Shown: in pieces, positions 17,994 through 36,419 of the stretch
How the letters are laid out: the number at the start of each line of letters is the position of its first letter
Numbering within the stretch: the stretch's first letter is position 1
Translations under genes and position numbers: made by a program
From: the human T2T-CHM13v2.0 reference genome, Homo sapiens
Strand: one strand, 5' to 3'
Assembly (NCBI RefSeq): GCF_009914755.1
Contig: NC_060944.1
Length of the DNA: 64,000 nucleotides
The notes under the pieces: model-generated
The model's input: only the letters and a program-made list of their open reading frames with translations
What the model was told of the DNA's origin: nothing
Database searches by the model: none

Positions 17994-18944
17994 TGAAGAA
18001 GTGGCCTGTCCCTCCACACCTGTGGGCGTTTCTCGTCAGGTGGAACGAGATACTTGTGAAAAGAGACGCAGAGACAAAGTATAGAGAAAAAGTGGGCCCA
18101 GGGGACCAGCGCTCAGCATACGGAGGACCCACGCCGGCACCAGTCTCTGACTTTCCTTAGTATTTATTGATCATTATCGGGCATTTCTCTGAGAGGGGGA
18201 TGTGGTAGGACAATAGGGTAATAGTGGAGAGAGGGTCAGCAAGAAAACATGTGAACAAATGTCTCTGCATCATAAACAAGGTAAAGAAAAAAGTGCTGTG
18301 CTTTTGATGTGCATATACATAAACATCTCAGTGCCTTAAAGAGCAGTATTGCCTCCAGCATGTCTCACCTCCAGCCGTAAGGCAGTTTTCTCCTATCTCA
18401 GTAGATGGAATATACAATCGGGTTTTACACTGAGACAGTCCATTGCCCAGGGACGAGCAAGAGACAGATGGCTTTGTCTTATCTCAACTGCAAAAAGGCC
18501 TTCCTCTTTTATTAATCCTCCTCAGCACAGACCCTTTACAGGTGTCGGGCTGGCGGATGGTCGTGTCCTTCCCTTCCCATGAGGCCATATTTCAGACTAT
18601 CACATGGGGAGAAACCTTGGACAATACCTGGCTTTCCTAGGCAGTGGTCCCTGTGGCCTTCCGCAGTGTTTTGTGTCCCTGGGTACTTGAGAATAGGGTT
18701 TAACAAGCATGCTGCCTTAAAGCATTTGTTTAACAAAGCACATCCTGCATATCCCTAAATCCATTAAACCTTGAGTCGACACAGCACATGTTTCTGTGAG
18801 CACAGGGTTGGGGCTAGGGTTACAGATTAACAGCCTCTCAAGGCAGAAGAATTTTTCTTAGTACAGAACAAAATGGAGTGTCTTATGTCGACTTCTTTCT
18901 ACATAGACACAGTAACAGTCTGATCTCTCTTTCTTTTCCCCACA
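17994..18944 (-). mobile_element. HERV-K(HML-2) solo LTR (LTR5A/5B-like) inserted in the ERV gag
   Basis: Minus strand starts TGTGGGGAAAAGAAAGAGAGATCAGACTGTTACTGTGTC and ends ...CCACTTCTTCA; 951 bp; TSD GTATAT/CTATAT. Confidence 0.95.
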
Positions 18945-21694
18945 CTATATAGGTACGTGTACACTTTTCTATATCTGAATTAGCCATATGCAAGGAAAAA
19001 CTAAAACAGTTTTCAGAGGTTCCGGGAAAATTCATAGACAAATTTAAAAGGCTAACCTTGATGTATGATCTGACCAGGTAGGATTTGCATATATTTATGT
19101 TTACCTGCTGCATGGTAGAAAAGCAGTGCATGATGGGAGTGGCTACAGCACATGCTAATAGGGTGGCATCCTGCAACCAGGGGCATGACACCTCTCAAGT
19201 AGGAGGCACAGCAGTGCCTGACTAGGACCCAAAAGAGGATTAGAATCTAGAAAAGACAAATAAGTTAGGAAGAAAGTAGGATATAGAGAGAAAAAATTTT
19301 GATCATTTGACTCCGTGTAGGAATAAAAAAAAAGTGTGATACAGCTTTTTAATTTTTATAAAGTCTGGAAAATTACTCAGGGAAAAGATGAAAATCTAGC
19401 CTTATTACAAGGGTGGATAATTTAGACCTTGAGGAAATACACTAACACTGACCCTGACTCCAAGAAGGGACAGGCATTGCTAGGAGTTTAATTTATAGCG
19501 CGGTCTCCTTCTGATATCTGCAGGAAGCTGCCAAAAGCAGCCTTAGGCTTCCAGACTCCCACGGATCAGATTTTAGACTTGGATTTTGCAGTTTTCCATC
19601 ACAGGAATTGGGCAGAGAAAACATAAAATAAAGCAAATCTTCCAAGAGGCCCAGCTTCTAGCTGCAGCCTTGTGCTCTCCACCACTTCAGAGGCAGCCCC
19701 TTAACCCCTGGCCTTCACAGAGGAAGTGAGAAGGTGAAAGTCCCAGTCTGTGCCTCTCGGCCACCGTGCCTTGGATATAAATCAATGTGCCTTCTGTAGG
19801 AAGGTCAGCCACTGCCGAAGGAAATGCACTGTGCTTCCAAGGGAGCCATCATCAGAGCCCAGCAGACTCAAAAGTGGCAGGGCCTGATACTTCCTACCTC
19901 CGCTCCCATTGGACTATTAGCTATCGAGAGATGGAGGAGCCTCAGGTGACTCTTGAAGTAGTAGGTAGGAGTATTAACTTCGTGTTAGGTGTGGGAGCAG
20001 ATTACTCTGTCCTGATTCAATACAATGGGCTCCTGTCTTCTCATGATGGACAAGCCCCAAAACACTCCTTTTTGTATCTTCTAAGTTGTCCTCCAGAGCC
20101 TCTAGCTATCTCACCTGCCTTTTTAGTACTGTCTGATTGCCTGACCTCTTACTGGGGAGAGGTTTATTGACTCAGGAGACCAAGTCATGGTCACCTTCAC
20201 AGATCATAAAGCATAGAAAGTGTTACTTTTGTTCCTGACCCCTCAGGGGAAAAAAGAAGTTAAGAATGAGCTGTCACATTTACCAGCTGAGATGTTGTCT
20301 CAAGTAAATCTTGAGGTTTGGGCCACACAGGCTCTGAGAAACGCACTAAACACCTCCCCCATTCAAATCCAACTTCAGCCTAGTGCTCCTCGCCCTCAGA
20401 AGAGACAATACATTTTAAGGCAAGAAGCATGAGGGGAAATTCAACCCCTTATTGCCAAATTCTTGCCATATGAGTTATTAAGGCCATGAGAGTCTCCTTA
20501 CAATACTCGCATGTTACCAGATTAAAAGCCTAATGGCAAGTACAGATCTGTCAGAACCCTTAGAGCATTAAGAAATGCAGTTGTCTTCGTACACTTCATT
20601 GTCCCAAATACTTACCAAGTCCCAGGGGATGCAAGCTGGTTTACATTCTTATATCTGAAAGATGCACTTTTCTGGATCTCAATGCATCCAGATTCATAAT
20701 ATGTTTGCCTTTGAATAGAATGATCCAGATACGCATTCAGCCTCAAAACTAACCTGGACAGTCATCTCTGAAGGGTTCTGGGGTAGACCCTGCTTATTTG
20801 AAAATGCTCTAGTTAAGGACTTAACAAATCTACAATTGGAAAGGGACACAATTATTCAGTACGTAGGTGACTTGCTTATTGCTAACCCAACTAAAGAAGA
20901 CTCATAATAATACTCTTAAGTTGGTAAATTTCCTGGGAACTTGCAGATATAGGGCATCACCACACAGGGCTCAGATTTTGACTGAAAGACTTAAATATTT
21001 GGAATCTGTCTTAACCTCTGGAACTGATCAACATCCCTAGAAGACAAAAAAGTTATTTTAGTCACCCAATGGTCCCTGTCCAAATAATGACTGTGGGCTT
21101 TTTTAGGAGATGGCTGGGTACTGCTGCTTATGGGTGCCCAGATTTGGGCATGTAGCCAAGCCTTTATATGATACACTAAAGGGAAAGATTTAGAGCTCCT
21201 AGAATGTAATGAGAACTGCAAGCAAACCTTCAATACTCTCAAGGAGAAATTGGGCTCTGCTGCAGAAGTGAGAGTCTCCAAGTTGGATGAACCATTTTTT
21301 CTTTATGTGACCAAAAAGCAAGGCATAGGTCTTGGGTAATCTTGTCCCAAAACTGGGGGACATTCCAAGGCCAGTAGCCTAATTTTCTAAGCAGATAGAC
21401 CAGGTGGCCTCAGGGTGGCCTTGATGTCTTAGAGCTATTGCTGCTACCAGTTTTTTAGCAGGCAAAGCTAATAAACTAACATTAGAACAGCACCTACAGG
21501 TTTTTGACCCCACACCAAAGGAAGGTGGTCCTAGAAGCTAAAGGGCAGCAGTGGATAATAGGAGAACATTTATGAAAGTATCAGGCCTTATTGCTGGACC
21601 CTCCAGACATAATCCTTAAAGCCTGCCAAACCATAAACCCAGCTGCTTATCTGCCAGAGTCCACAGGTACTTCTAGCCTTTCTGGCATACAGGT

Positions 21695-22342
21695 TGTATT
21701 AGTCTGTTCTCATGATGCTAATAAAGACATATCTGAGGCTGGGTAATTTATAAAGAAAAGAGGTTTAATTGACTCACATTTCCACGTGGTCAGGGATTCC
21801 TCACACTCATTGCAGAAGGCAAATGAGGAACAAAGTCACATCTCTTACATGGCAGCAGGCAAAAGGGCTTGTGTAGGGAAACTCCCCTTTATAAAACCAT
21901 CAGCTGTAATCCCAGCACTTTGGGAGGCCAAGGCAGTGGATGAGCTGAGGTGAGGAGATCGAGGACACCCTGGCCAACATGGTGAAACCCCATCTATACT
22001 AAAAGTACAAAAATTAGACAGGCATGGTGGTAGGCACCTGTAATCCCAGCTACTCAGGAGGCTGAGACAGGAGAATCTCTTGAACCCAGGAGTCAGAGTT
22101 TGCAGTGAGCCAAGATCACGAAAATGCACTCCAGCCTGAGCAACAGAGCAAGACTATGTCTCAAAAATAAACAAATAAACCATTAGATCACATGAGGCTT
22201 ATTCACTGTCACAAGAACAGCATGAGAAAGACCCATCCCCCGATTCGATTACCTCTCACTGGGTCCCTCCCACGATATATAGGAATTATGGGAGCTAAAA
22301 TTCAAGATAAGATTTGACGGGGGACAGAGCCGAAGCATGTCA
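21695..22342 (-). mobile_element. THE1 solo LTR in the ERV pol, containing a 5'-truncated AluS (~21903-22180)
   Basis: TGTATTAG...CATGTCA termini; TSD CAGGT/TAGGT; Alu flanked by AAACCATCAG/AAACCATTAG. Confidence 0.9.
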
Positions 22343-23944
22343 TAGGTTATGAAACAAATTGATTCTAGCAGGCTAGACTTAAGAGAGATGAGCCCCTTGA
22401 CCATCCCAAGGAAGAGTGGTTAACAGATGCAAGTTGTTTTATGCATCAGGAGAACAGGAGGGCTAGGTATGCTATTAGTAGTCAGCACAAGAGAATCAAG
22501 GCACAAGCCTTGCTGGCTTCGACCTCAGCCCAAAAAGCTGAGTTAATTGAACTTAGCCCCTGCAGTTGGGAAAGGATTTAAAAGTTAACATTTACACTGA
22601 TTTCAAGTATGATTTTTTAGTGCTTCATGCTTATGCTGCAATTTGGAATGGGTAGGGACTGCTGACCCCCAAGAGTTTTCCATACAACATCATTCAGATT
22701 TTGAGCTTGTTAGAATGCTGCTCTGCTGCCAAAAAGTGACTATAATTAATTTCAGAGGACATCAAAAGAGACACTGGCCATGTAAAAGGAAATGCCCTTG
22801 TAGATGCCAAGCCAAGGCCCCTGCACTGAAAGGGCCAATGAAGCTTATGGGCGTGCTGGTCAGCATACATAGAACTGGGCCGGAATACTCTGAAGAAGAA
22901 TAAAAATGGGCCAGGGATTGCATTTCAGTCCAGGGCCCCTCTGGCTGGCTGAATGATGGTAATAAATTACTAATGCCAAGTACCAATCATAGGAATATAA
23001 TTCAGCACTTTAATGATTCTTTTCACCCTAGAAGGGATTCCTGACTTCTGTTAATGTCTCATTTGTTTATAGGGGTAAATCTTTTTGAGACAGGAAAGCA
23101 GGTGACTCAGCCCTGTGAGCTCTGTGCCTGACATGACCCAAACCACCAGCAATTTTCTCCTTCTCCAGGTAAACCTGTCCAAAAAAAATTGAGGAACCTA
23201 CCCAGGTGAGAGCTAGCAACTCTAATTTACTCAGATACCTTTCTGCAGGAGATTCAAATATTTGCTAATGCCTACTGATACCTTCGCTGGTTAGATCGAG
23301 GCATTCCGCACCCCATCTGAAAAATGTTTACCAGAAGAAATAACTCCTCAGTTTGGGTAATCTAAAAGCCTGCAAAGTGGCAATGGCCCGTCTTTCACAG
23401 CAGGTGTATCCCAACACCTATCCTCAGCTTTAAGAATCCAATATTACCTTCACTCTGTGTGCAGACCGCAATCCTCTGGAAAGGTGAAAGGGCTAATCCT
23501 ACTCTAAAGAAGACTCTAGCTAAATCAGACGCCTGACTATCTCCAACACCCATAGCTTACAGCGGGTTTGAACTGCTCCAAAGTAAAACTTATAATAAAA
23601 TCCTGTTGAGTTAACATTCGGAAGACCTTTCCTAAGCACAGATCTCCTAATAGATGAAAAGACTCATCAATTACAAAAATATGTCGTCAATCTAGGACAG
23701 GTGCAAAGGCACTCTGTGAATATGGAAACAAGAGTCTTCCCCTCCCACATGGGAGGAAAATTCAGTTTCAGCTCAGCTGGGGATTTAGTCTTACTAACGA
23801 TGTGGGAGGAAGTTCTCCAGCTGACCAGCTTTCCCCAACGTGGAAAGGACCACAGCAAGGGCACCTGAGCTCTCCAACAGACGTTCGATCCAAGGGATTC
23901 ACAGGTGGGTACACCTGTGTGGAAGTAAAGCTGTTGCTTATTCT

Positions 23945-24073
23945 GGGAGCCGAATCCAAGGCTGAGGGAGGTGGGCGACGGGATATTTCAGCGTTGGCGG
24001 AGGGCGGACTGGGTAGCTGAGCGTCTGCTCCTCCTTCTCGCGTTTCTCCTGCCGCTCTAATCCCGCCTTGGCC
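23945..24073 (+). promoter_or_regulatory. GC/CpG-rich proximal promoter and 5'UTR remnant of the TUBB8-like exon
   Basis: Abrupt switch from ERV sequence to CpG-rich DNA; GGGCGG box, TATTTCA TATA-like element and GCCATG Kozak context. Confidence 0.55.
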
Positions 24074-24134
24074 ATGAGGAAAATAGTGCTCACGCAGGCT
24101 GGGCAGTGTGGGAACCAGATCGGCGCCAAGGTTG
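24074..24134 (+). pseudogene. Beta-tubulin (TUBB8/TUBB7P family) exon 1 only, truncated in intron 1
   Basis: 57 nt encode MRKIVLTQAGQCGNQIGAK, followed by a GT donor at the conserved beta-tubulin intron-1 position. IVLTQ is typical of the TUBB8 clade. No exons 2-4 seen in the window. Confidence 0.9.
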
Positions 24135-24252
24135 TATTTGACTCCATAAAAATTAAAATTTTGTATGAGAGAAAAATGTCTCAAAGTCAAAAGTCAACAG
24201 ACTGGGGAAATAGATCTGCAACATAAATGACAGACAAAAAGGTAATTTGGGA

Positions 24253-24309
24253 TATAGATAGATAGATAGATAGATAGATGATAGATAGATAGATGATAGA
24301 TAGATAGAT

Positions 24310-24340
<31 letters not shown>
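24253..24340. repeat. (GATA)n microsatellite
   Basis: Interrupted TAGA/GATA run. Confidence 0.97.
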
Positions 24341-24344
24341 GTAA

Positions 24345-26320
24345 ATATCCGTTTTTAACACCATTTAAAAAAATACCGTCCTTTCCCCATTGAACAGAGT
24401 TGACGCCCTTGTTAAAAATCATGACCATATTTTTTGGTTCTTTGTTTCTATTGCATTGGTCTTTGTGTCTGTCTCTATGCTGGTACAGCATTATTTTGGG
24501 TACTGAAGTTTGAAACCAGGAGGTGTTAGTCCTCTTACTTTGTTAGTTTTTAAGATTGATTTGGCTGCTTGGGGTTTTCTGAGATTTCATCTGAATTTTA
24601 GAATAGGTTTTTCTGTTTTTACATATATTGGAATTTTTACAGTGATTTTATTGAATCTGTAGATGACCATAGATAACAATGGCACCTTGACAAGATTTTA
24701 TCTTCCAGTCCATAAACACATGATGTCTTTTCATTTATTTGTGTCATCTTTAATACTTTCATGCCATGTTTATAGTTTTTGCTGTACAGGTTTTTCATTT
24801 CCTTGGTTAAGTGGGTTTCTAAGTGTTTTATTCTTTTGATGCTATCATACATGATACTGTTGTCTTGATTTCTTCTTCAGATAATTTATTGTTATTGTAG
24901 AAATACAACTGATTTTTGTGTATTGATTTTTGTATCCTGCAGTTTGCTGAATTTTATTTATTGCATCTGACAGTTTATTACACAGAAACTAAAACATTTT
25001 TAATATATAAGGTTATGTCATCTGCAAACAGATACTTTTACTTTCTAAAAAATTGGAATATCTTTAATTCTTTTACTCACCTTATTGTTTTAACTAACCA
25101 GAACCTTCAGTACTATATTAAATAGAAATAGTAAAAGCACACATCCTTCTTTTTGCTCTTAGGGTAAAAGCTTTCAGTCTTTCACCATGTTAGCTGTGTT
25201 TTTTTGTTTTGTTTTGTTTTTTTGTATAGCATTATGTTAAGGTGTTTTATTTCTTTTTATAGTTTATTAAGTATATTTTATCATGAATGTGGGTTAAATT
25301 TTGACAAATGCTTTCTCTTCTTTGATTAAGATGATCACATGAGGGTTTTTTCCTTCTTTATGTTAATGTGATATTGTGCTGATTTTCATGTGCTGGAACA
25401 TACTTTTATTTCAGGAGTCAATTATACTCATTCATAGTGTATAATCCTTTTAATGTACTGCTAAGTTTGAGTTGCTGGTATTTTGTTGAGGATTTTTGCA
25501 TCAGCATTTATAAGGGATGTTTGTTTGTAGTTTTCTTATGGTGCCTTTGTCTGGCTTGGTGTCAGGGTAATACTGGCCTCATAGAATAAGTTAGAAAAAA
25601 TTACCTCCTCTTCAAAGTTTTGAAAAAGTTTGAGAAAAAGTGATGTTAATTCTGCTTTAAACATTGGGTAGAATTCAACAGTGAAGCCATCTGGTCCAGG
25701 CTTTTCTTTGTTGCTGGGTTTTTGATTACTGATGCAATCTTCCTGCTGAATCTCCTTGCTGAATAGGTTTATTCAACTTTTCTGATTCAGTCTTAGTAGG
25801 ATTTTTGTTTCTAGGAATTTGTTCATTTTATTTAGGCTGTTCAATTTTTTAGTGTATAGTTCCTTATGGTACTCTCCTACATTCCTTTTTTACTCCAAAA
25901 ATTTGTTAGTAAAGTACCCATTTTATTTTTGAGTTTAGTAATTTGAATATTACCTTTTTTCTTAATCTAGATAAAATTTTGTCAGTTTTGATCTTTTTCA
26001 GAGAACAAACTAGGTTTTGTTGATTTTTGATATTGATTTTCTATTCTCTATTTCACTTATTTCCACCGCTATCTTTATCATTTTTTTTAATTTTGCTAGC
26101 TTTTAGTTGTCCCTCTTTAATCGTCCCTCTTTTTCCCTCTGTTTTTAGTTCCTTAGGAGTAAAGTTGTTGATTTGGTATCTTATTTTTTATAATCATTTA
26201 TAGCTATAAATTTTTTCCTTATGGTACTGTTTTTGATGTATCTCTTAACTTTTGGTATTTCATGTTCTTAATTTGTCTCTAGATATTTTCTATTTTCTCT
26301 TGTGATTTCTTCTTTTATCC
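24345..26320 (-). mobile_element. Old L1M ORF2 fragments
   Basis: Degenerate L1 motifs on the plus strand, e.g. GTCATCTGCAAACAGA and GAAGCCATCTGGTCCAGG; T-rich plus strand. Confidence 0.8.
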
Positions 26321-27619
26321 ATCCTTGAGTGTTTCATACCTATATTTTTAGACATAAAATGTGTAACCTACAAAATTTTCTTGATTTGTTACAGCTTTAT
26401 TTGTTGTAAGCCTTTATTTCAGAATTAAATGTGTGTATCAACATTTGTTATGTTCTCATAAACTTTGAAATATATGGAGATTCCTGGTCCACATATGTAA
26501 GTGTCTACATGAATATTATTTTGAAGCATTTAACCTTCTGTTTTAATATTTCAAAGGTCTAAATGAAATTGAGATTTTGGTTTCTGAGATGAAATCATGG
26601 TAAGTGACTGAGAAATGCTTAAAAATTAGCCAAAACTTAAAATTAAGTTATAGTTTACCTTTAAGATTCAACCTGAATAAGTCACCCTGTATTGCTGGTA
26701 ATAAAGAATAAGACTTTAATGGTATAAAAGGAACTTCAGAGAATGTTTTCCTTTCCCCAGTTGACATATAAATTAAAAGATGTAAAAAATTTTTATGGCC
26801 TTATACATTTTTTACTTTAGAATTCCAACTTTTTCTGGTTAAATTTTTTGCAAACAGATTCCTGTGTATTTGAAAGACAAATAATTTTTTAGTTGAAATG
26901 CTTAAGCAGTTAAATAAGGCCATGAAAGTTTCTTGAACTTGTGGGAATCCATGAGAAAATCTGACATTATGTTCTATTCTCTTGGAAGGTAGAAATATCG
27001 TTTGACTTCTGTTTTGCTGACAAGAAATGTCCTGAGCAAGACTACCTGGGACAATGACCTCACACATGGAAAACTTTGGAGCCCATCTGTTTCCAATCTG
27101 CTTTTTTCCAAAAATTAGGGAAGTTCAGTTTTCCCTTTGATACTCTCTGTTACTACCAATCCCAATGCCAGGGCTGTCCTGCTTCTACAAGTGACAATGA
27201 CAAATATAGACCTGAAGAAAGATGAGCTGATGGCTTTCCCAGCTTATTACCTCTACTTGGGGGCCTTATCTCACATACATGGACTCAACTCATAGACTCA
27301 GCTGGGTGAGGATCTATTATTCAGCTACATTAGAAGGGACTGCTTAAGACTCAGGTGTGTGGTGAAATGAGGCAGAATTTTCTCAATGGAGTGCTAGGAG
27401 AATTTTCTCCTCATAACTACCATCTTACTATCACTAAATCATAGCTAAAATGAGGAAATTATTCAAGAAGAAATAGAAATGTAATCTTAGGAAGACATAA
27501 ATTTAGAGATTTGTGGAGAGCTCTTCATAATTTTATGGTGTTCTCTTTGAGCTGGGATTATAGTTGACTTTTCATTATAATATATTAGCTGTTCTAGACT
27601 TTATGCATTTATGTAAAGT

Positions 27620-32122
<4,503 letters not shown>

Positions 32123-33237
32123 ATCTAAAGTATGATTTCTTAATACATGAGATGTTTTAAATACATAACAATAATGATATTTATCAAAAATAATATTTTG
32201 TTTCAATGTGATAAAAATTGCTAATAAATCAATTCTCTTTTGGTTATCACAAAGCTATCTGGAAATGTAACATCTGCCATTTATAAAATTTTTGTAGGGT
32301 TAATAGAACTTTACTTGAAGGGAGGCTGGCAATATGCATCATGACTTCAAACACTGCCAGTGAAGTTGTGGAGTTTGAAGTGGTACTCACATCTTGTTAC
32401 TGGGATTATAAATTTGTACAAACTTTATCAATTGTGATTAAACAATATATACCCAAATTATAAATGGCAATACTCTCTGATTCAGCAATTTCATTTCCAG
32501 AAATTTACCCTACAGACATACTCATGATGCCTGGAATTATGTATGAATGGGAGAAAGTATTATACCACCTTTTTAATTAACAAAAGTCTAGAAATCACCT
32601 TAATGTTTATCAATCACATTAATGATTATCACCTTACTGTTTATTGAAATTATGGCTATTCATATGATAGAATACTATGCAGCTATTTAAAAAAATAAAT
32701 TTTAAAGGGATGCTCAAAAATGATGTCCAAGATATCTACAAAGTAAAAAACCTGGTTGCAGAGCCATGTGTCTCATATGTCTCCATTCCTATAAAATCAG
32801 AGTGCATATAAATGAATAGAGTATCTCTATTAAATGGTAACTGTTACAAAATTTAAAGTTAATGCAGGCAAGGAATTTCTTTTTTAATGCTAAAACTCCA
32901 AGGAACTGCACAAATTTGAGGATTTCCAACACATGTCAATCTATCTTTGAACCTACAGATTTTAGGAAATGAGACTTTTGAAAAATCAAGCATTAATATT
33001 CCTAGCTACAGTTGTTTGGGCCATAATTAGAATGATCCATTCTTTGGAAGTCTGTAAAATTTGCTCATACAACCATCTGGGCCTAGTCCTTCCTTTGTGA
33101 AAGATTTTATTTTACTAGAGATTTTATGTTCTTCATGTTGTAGTACTTCTTAGGTTTTCTATTTCTTCCTGATTCTTGAGTCAATTTTGGTACCACTTAG
33201 TACCCCACAGGTTGCTTGGGCTCAGAACACATCAGTC

Positions 33238-33600
33238 AAAGAAAGAGAGAAGAAAGGAAGGCAGGAAGGAGGGAGAAAGGAAAGAAGGAAAGAAGGGGAC
33301 AAAGAAGGAAAGAGAGAAATAAAGAATGAGAGAAAGAAGGATGGAGGGAGAGAAAGATGGAAAGAGAGAAAGAAAGAGAGAAGGAAATGAGAGAGAAGGA
33401 AGGAAGGAAGGAAGGAAGGAGGAAGAAAAAGAGGGAAAAAGAGAGAAGGAAAGAAACAAGGAAGCAGGGAGGGAGAGAAAGAGGAAGGGAGATGAAGGAA
33501 GAGAGGAAGGAAGGAGAGTGGGAGGGAAGGGAGAAAGAGAGGGAGGGAGGGAAAGAAAGAAAGAGAGAGGTGAAAGGTGGGGACGGAAAGGGAAGAGGAG
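33238..33600. repeat. GA-rich polypurine low-complexity tract
   Basis: About 360 bp of nearly pure G/A. Confidence 0.95.
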
Positions 33601-33835
33601 CCAGCCACAGGCTACAGGCTGTTTGTTCACTCTTTTACTTGAACCAGGCATTCTGCCTTTTAAATATTCCACCTTCTGCCATGAGTTACACTCTTCAATA
33701 TTCAAATATTCATTCCTCAGAGCATTCAAAGGTCTATGTGTGCCCTGCCATGATGGAGCATGGCTTCAGCTCTCAAACACAACTCTCAGCCAAAATATTC
33801 ATGACTGGTCCCTCCCATATACTCATCAATCCCCC

Positions 33836-34250
33836 ATATATGGTCTGCATGTGTCCCCCAGAGCTCACATGTTGGAAACTTAATCCTCTATGTGACAGTG
33901 TTGAGAGGCGGGGCCTAATAAGAGTGATTGGGTTATGAGACTCTGCCCCCATGCATGGATTAATGTCACTATCTCAGGAGTAGGTTAGTTATCTTGGGGG
34001 TGGGTTAGTTATCTTGGGAGTGGGCTTGTATTAAAAGCAAGCTCAGCCCCTTTTGCTCTCTTTCTTTCTGAAAGTCTTGTTCTGCTGCCTTCAGTCATGA
34101 GATGACACAGCAAGAAGGCTCTCACCAGATGCAGACCCCTCATAGTTGGACTTCCTAGCCTCCAGAACTCTAAGAAATAAATTTATTTTATTTATAGATT
34201 CCCTAGTCTATGATATTCTGTTATAGCAGCACAAAATGGGTTAAGATGCC
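33836..34250 (+). mobile_element. MaLR LTR (MSTB-D/MLT1A-like)
   Basis: TGGTCTGCATGTGTCCCC...CCTCCAGAACTCTAAGAAATAAATT...TTATAGCAGCACAAAATGGGTTAAGA. Confidence 0.75.
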
Positions 34251-34525
34251 CCATTACATGGAGAGTGCTGATCCACAGGGTTGAGATGATTGACTTAGGG
34301 CTTGGAGTCTTATACAACATCCCTATGGGAGTTGGCCTCCATATTCCCTATCTTCCAGGAATCTCAAATGGTGATCTGAGACCAAAATATAGCCCAGATA
34401 TTTTGCATTTGGCAATATTGCCCACTTTTCCACAACTTTGTCATGACAGTTTTGATGTGCTCCCTTTTATGATCCCTGAAAGGATATGAGTTCAAGATCC
34501 TTCAAGGTTACAATCCAAGGATAGA

Positions 34526-34694
34526 AGAGCCTAGAAAAGAGTCCCATCACCTGGGTGATCAGTGCAGAAATATGTCACAAAGCCTCCATTGGCAAAGCCT
34601 AGACAAGAGTTACGTCACCTGGGTGATCAGTGCAGAGGTATGTCACAAAGCCCCCGTAGACAGAGCCTAGACAAGAGTTACATCACCTGGATGA
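34526..34694. repeat. Beta satellite (68-bp BSR), about 2.5 monomers
   Basis: AGAGCCTAGACAAGAGTTACATCACCTGGGTGATCAGTGCAGAG-type sequence repeated at a 68-bp period. Confidence 0.92.
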
Positions 34695-34744
34695 CAGGCA
34701 AACAACAATGACAACTTATTTTCATCCCCACTTCAGTCTTTGAG

Positions 34745-34895
34745 GTTAGACAGACCTGGATTCAAATCCAAGCTCCACCCCTCGCTGTGTGAGCTTGCTC
34801 ATGCTGCTAACCTCTCTGAGACTTGACTCTTCATTTGTGAAATGAGGATAAAACCCCTTCTCTCGGGGGCTGTGCCAAGGATGAAATGAGTCATG
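34745..34895 (+). mobile_element. MIR fragment
   Basis: CAGACCTGGATTCAAATCC...AACCTCTCTGAG...CATTTGTGAAATGAGGATAA core. Confidence 0.75.
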
Positions 34896-34914
34896 CATTG
34901 GTCAGGACAGGTGA

Positions 34915-35284
<370 letters not shown>

Positions 35285-35446
35285 TTGACTTCTCAATTGA
35301 TTTCACATCCATCACGGGTCAACAAGGGGGCTCTGGTGGTCGTAGTCATTCAGAGACTCAAACAGATAGACCCTTATCCCAGAAGATGCTCCCACAGTTC
35401 CAGAAATAGAGCAAAGAAAACACAATCAGCCATGAGCCACTTCTTA

Positions 35447-35810
<364 letters not shown>

Positions 35811-36419
35811 TCTCAGGCTATGTTTGAACTAAGAGGGTAGAAAGAATAGTCATTTTGGTTGCCACAAACCTTCAAAACAAAGATGCAGATCATTGATGTA
35901 AAATTACAGTTAGTTCTTTCCCACTCCTTTTCAGCTTCTCTTCGTTACCATGAGCCAGCGTCTCTAGTGTCAGTATTCAGTCTATTGCCTCCCAGCTCCT
36001 AGTGCACCTTTCAATATGTGCACTGTGATAATCTGGGAAACACTGTTCAATATACCTTCTGGAAGTGAACATTCTGCAGGCCTCTAGGTAGAGGATGGAG
36101 AGACTGCAGGGGACAGGAGCTCTCTGGCTGGGCTTTGGTCATGTTCAAGCCCCAACCACAGACCAAGGCGTGGTCCCTCAGCCACCTTGTAGCCTTGGCT
36201 TGCAACATCTCGACATGGAAACCAAAACGCGGCAGGGCCCATGTGATATGAAAGTTCTTGAAAAGTTGCCCAGACCCCCTCTTGTATCCCTTGTGCAACC
36301 TGCACACAGTGACCTGTAGTCTAGAGGGTCTGCACAGAACTGCCATTCCTTCTGCCAGACCCTGCGGGACCCACGCGTTCTGGAGGCTTCCTGCCCTACA
36401 AAGGCAGCCAGACTCCCGC

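Larger units (their letters stand above)
16635..23944 (+). mobile_element. Decayed class I (gamma-like) ERV internal region, gag-pro-pol; env and 3' LTR missing
   Basis: Capsid start FSISELAICKEKL (~18965). Nucleocapsid knuckle CAFCRKVSHCRRKC (19786). Protease-like LGVGADYSVL. RT IIQYVGDLLI (20851-20880). RNase H WLTDASCF and NIYTDFKY. Integrase LQSGNGPSF, RPQSSGKV and WKGP. Many stops and frameshifts. Confidence 0.9.

Noticed and set aside
16635-23944. Intact or domesticated ERV ORF
   Set aside because: RT YxDD reads YVGD, the protease motif is degenerate, stops are frequent, and env is absent
26330-27610. Possible gene intron or exon (KRAB-ZNF-like impression)
   Set aside because: No KRAB or C2H2 coding sequence or convincing exon found
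33187-33938. Long R/E/K/G-rich and S/L/F/P-rich ORFs
   Set aside because: Translations of a GA low-complexity tract
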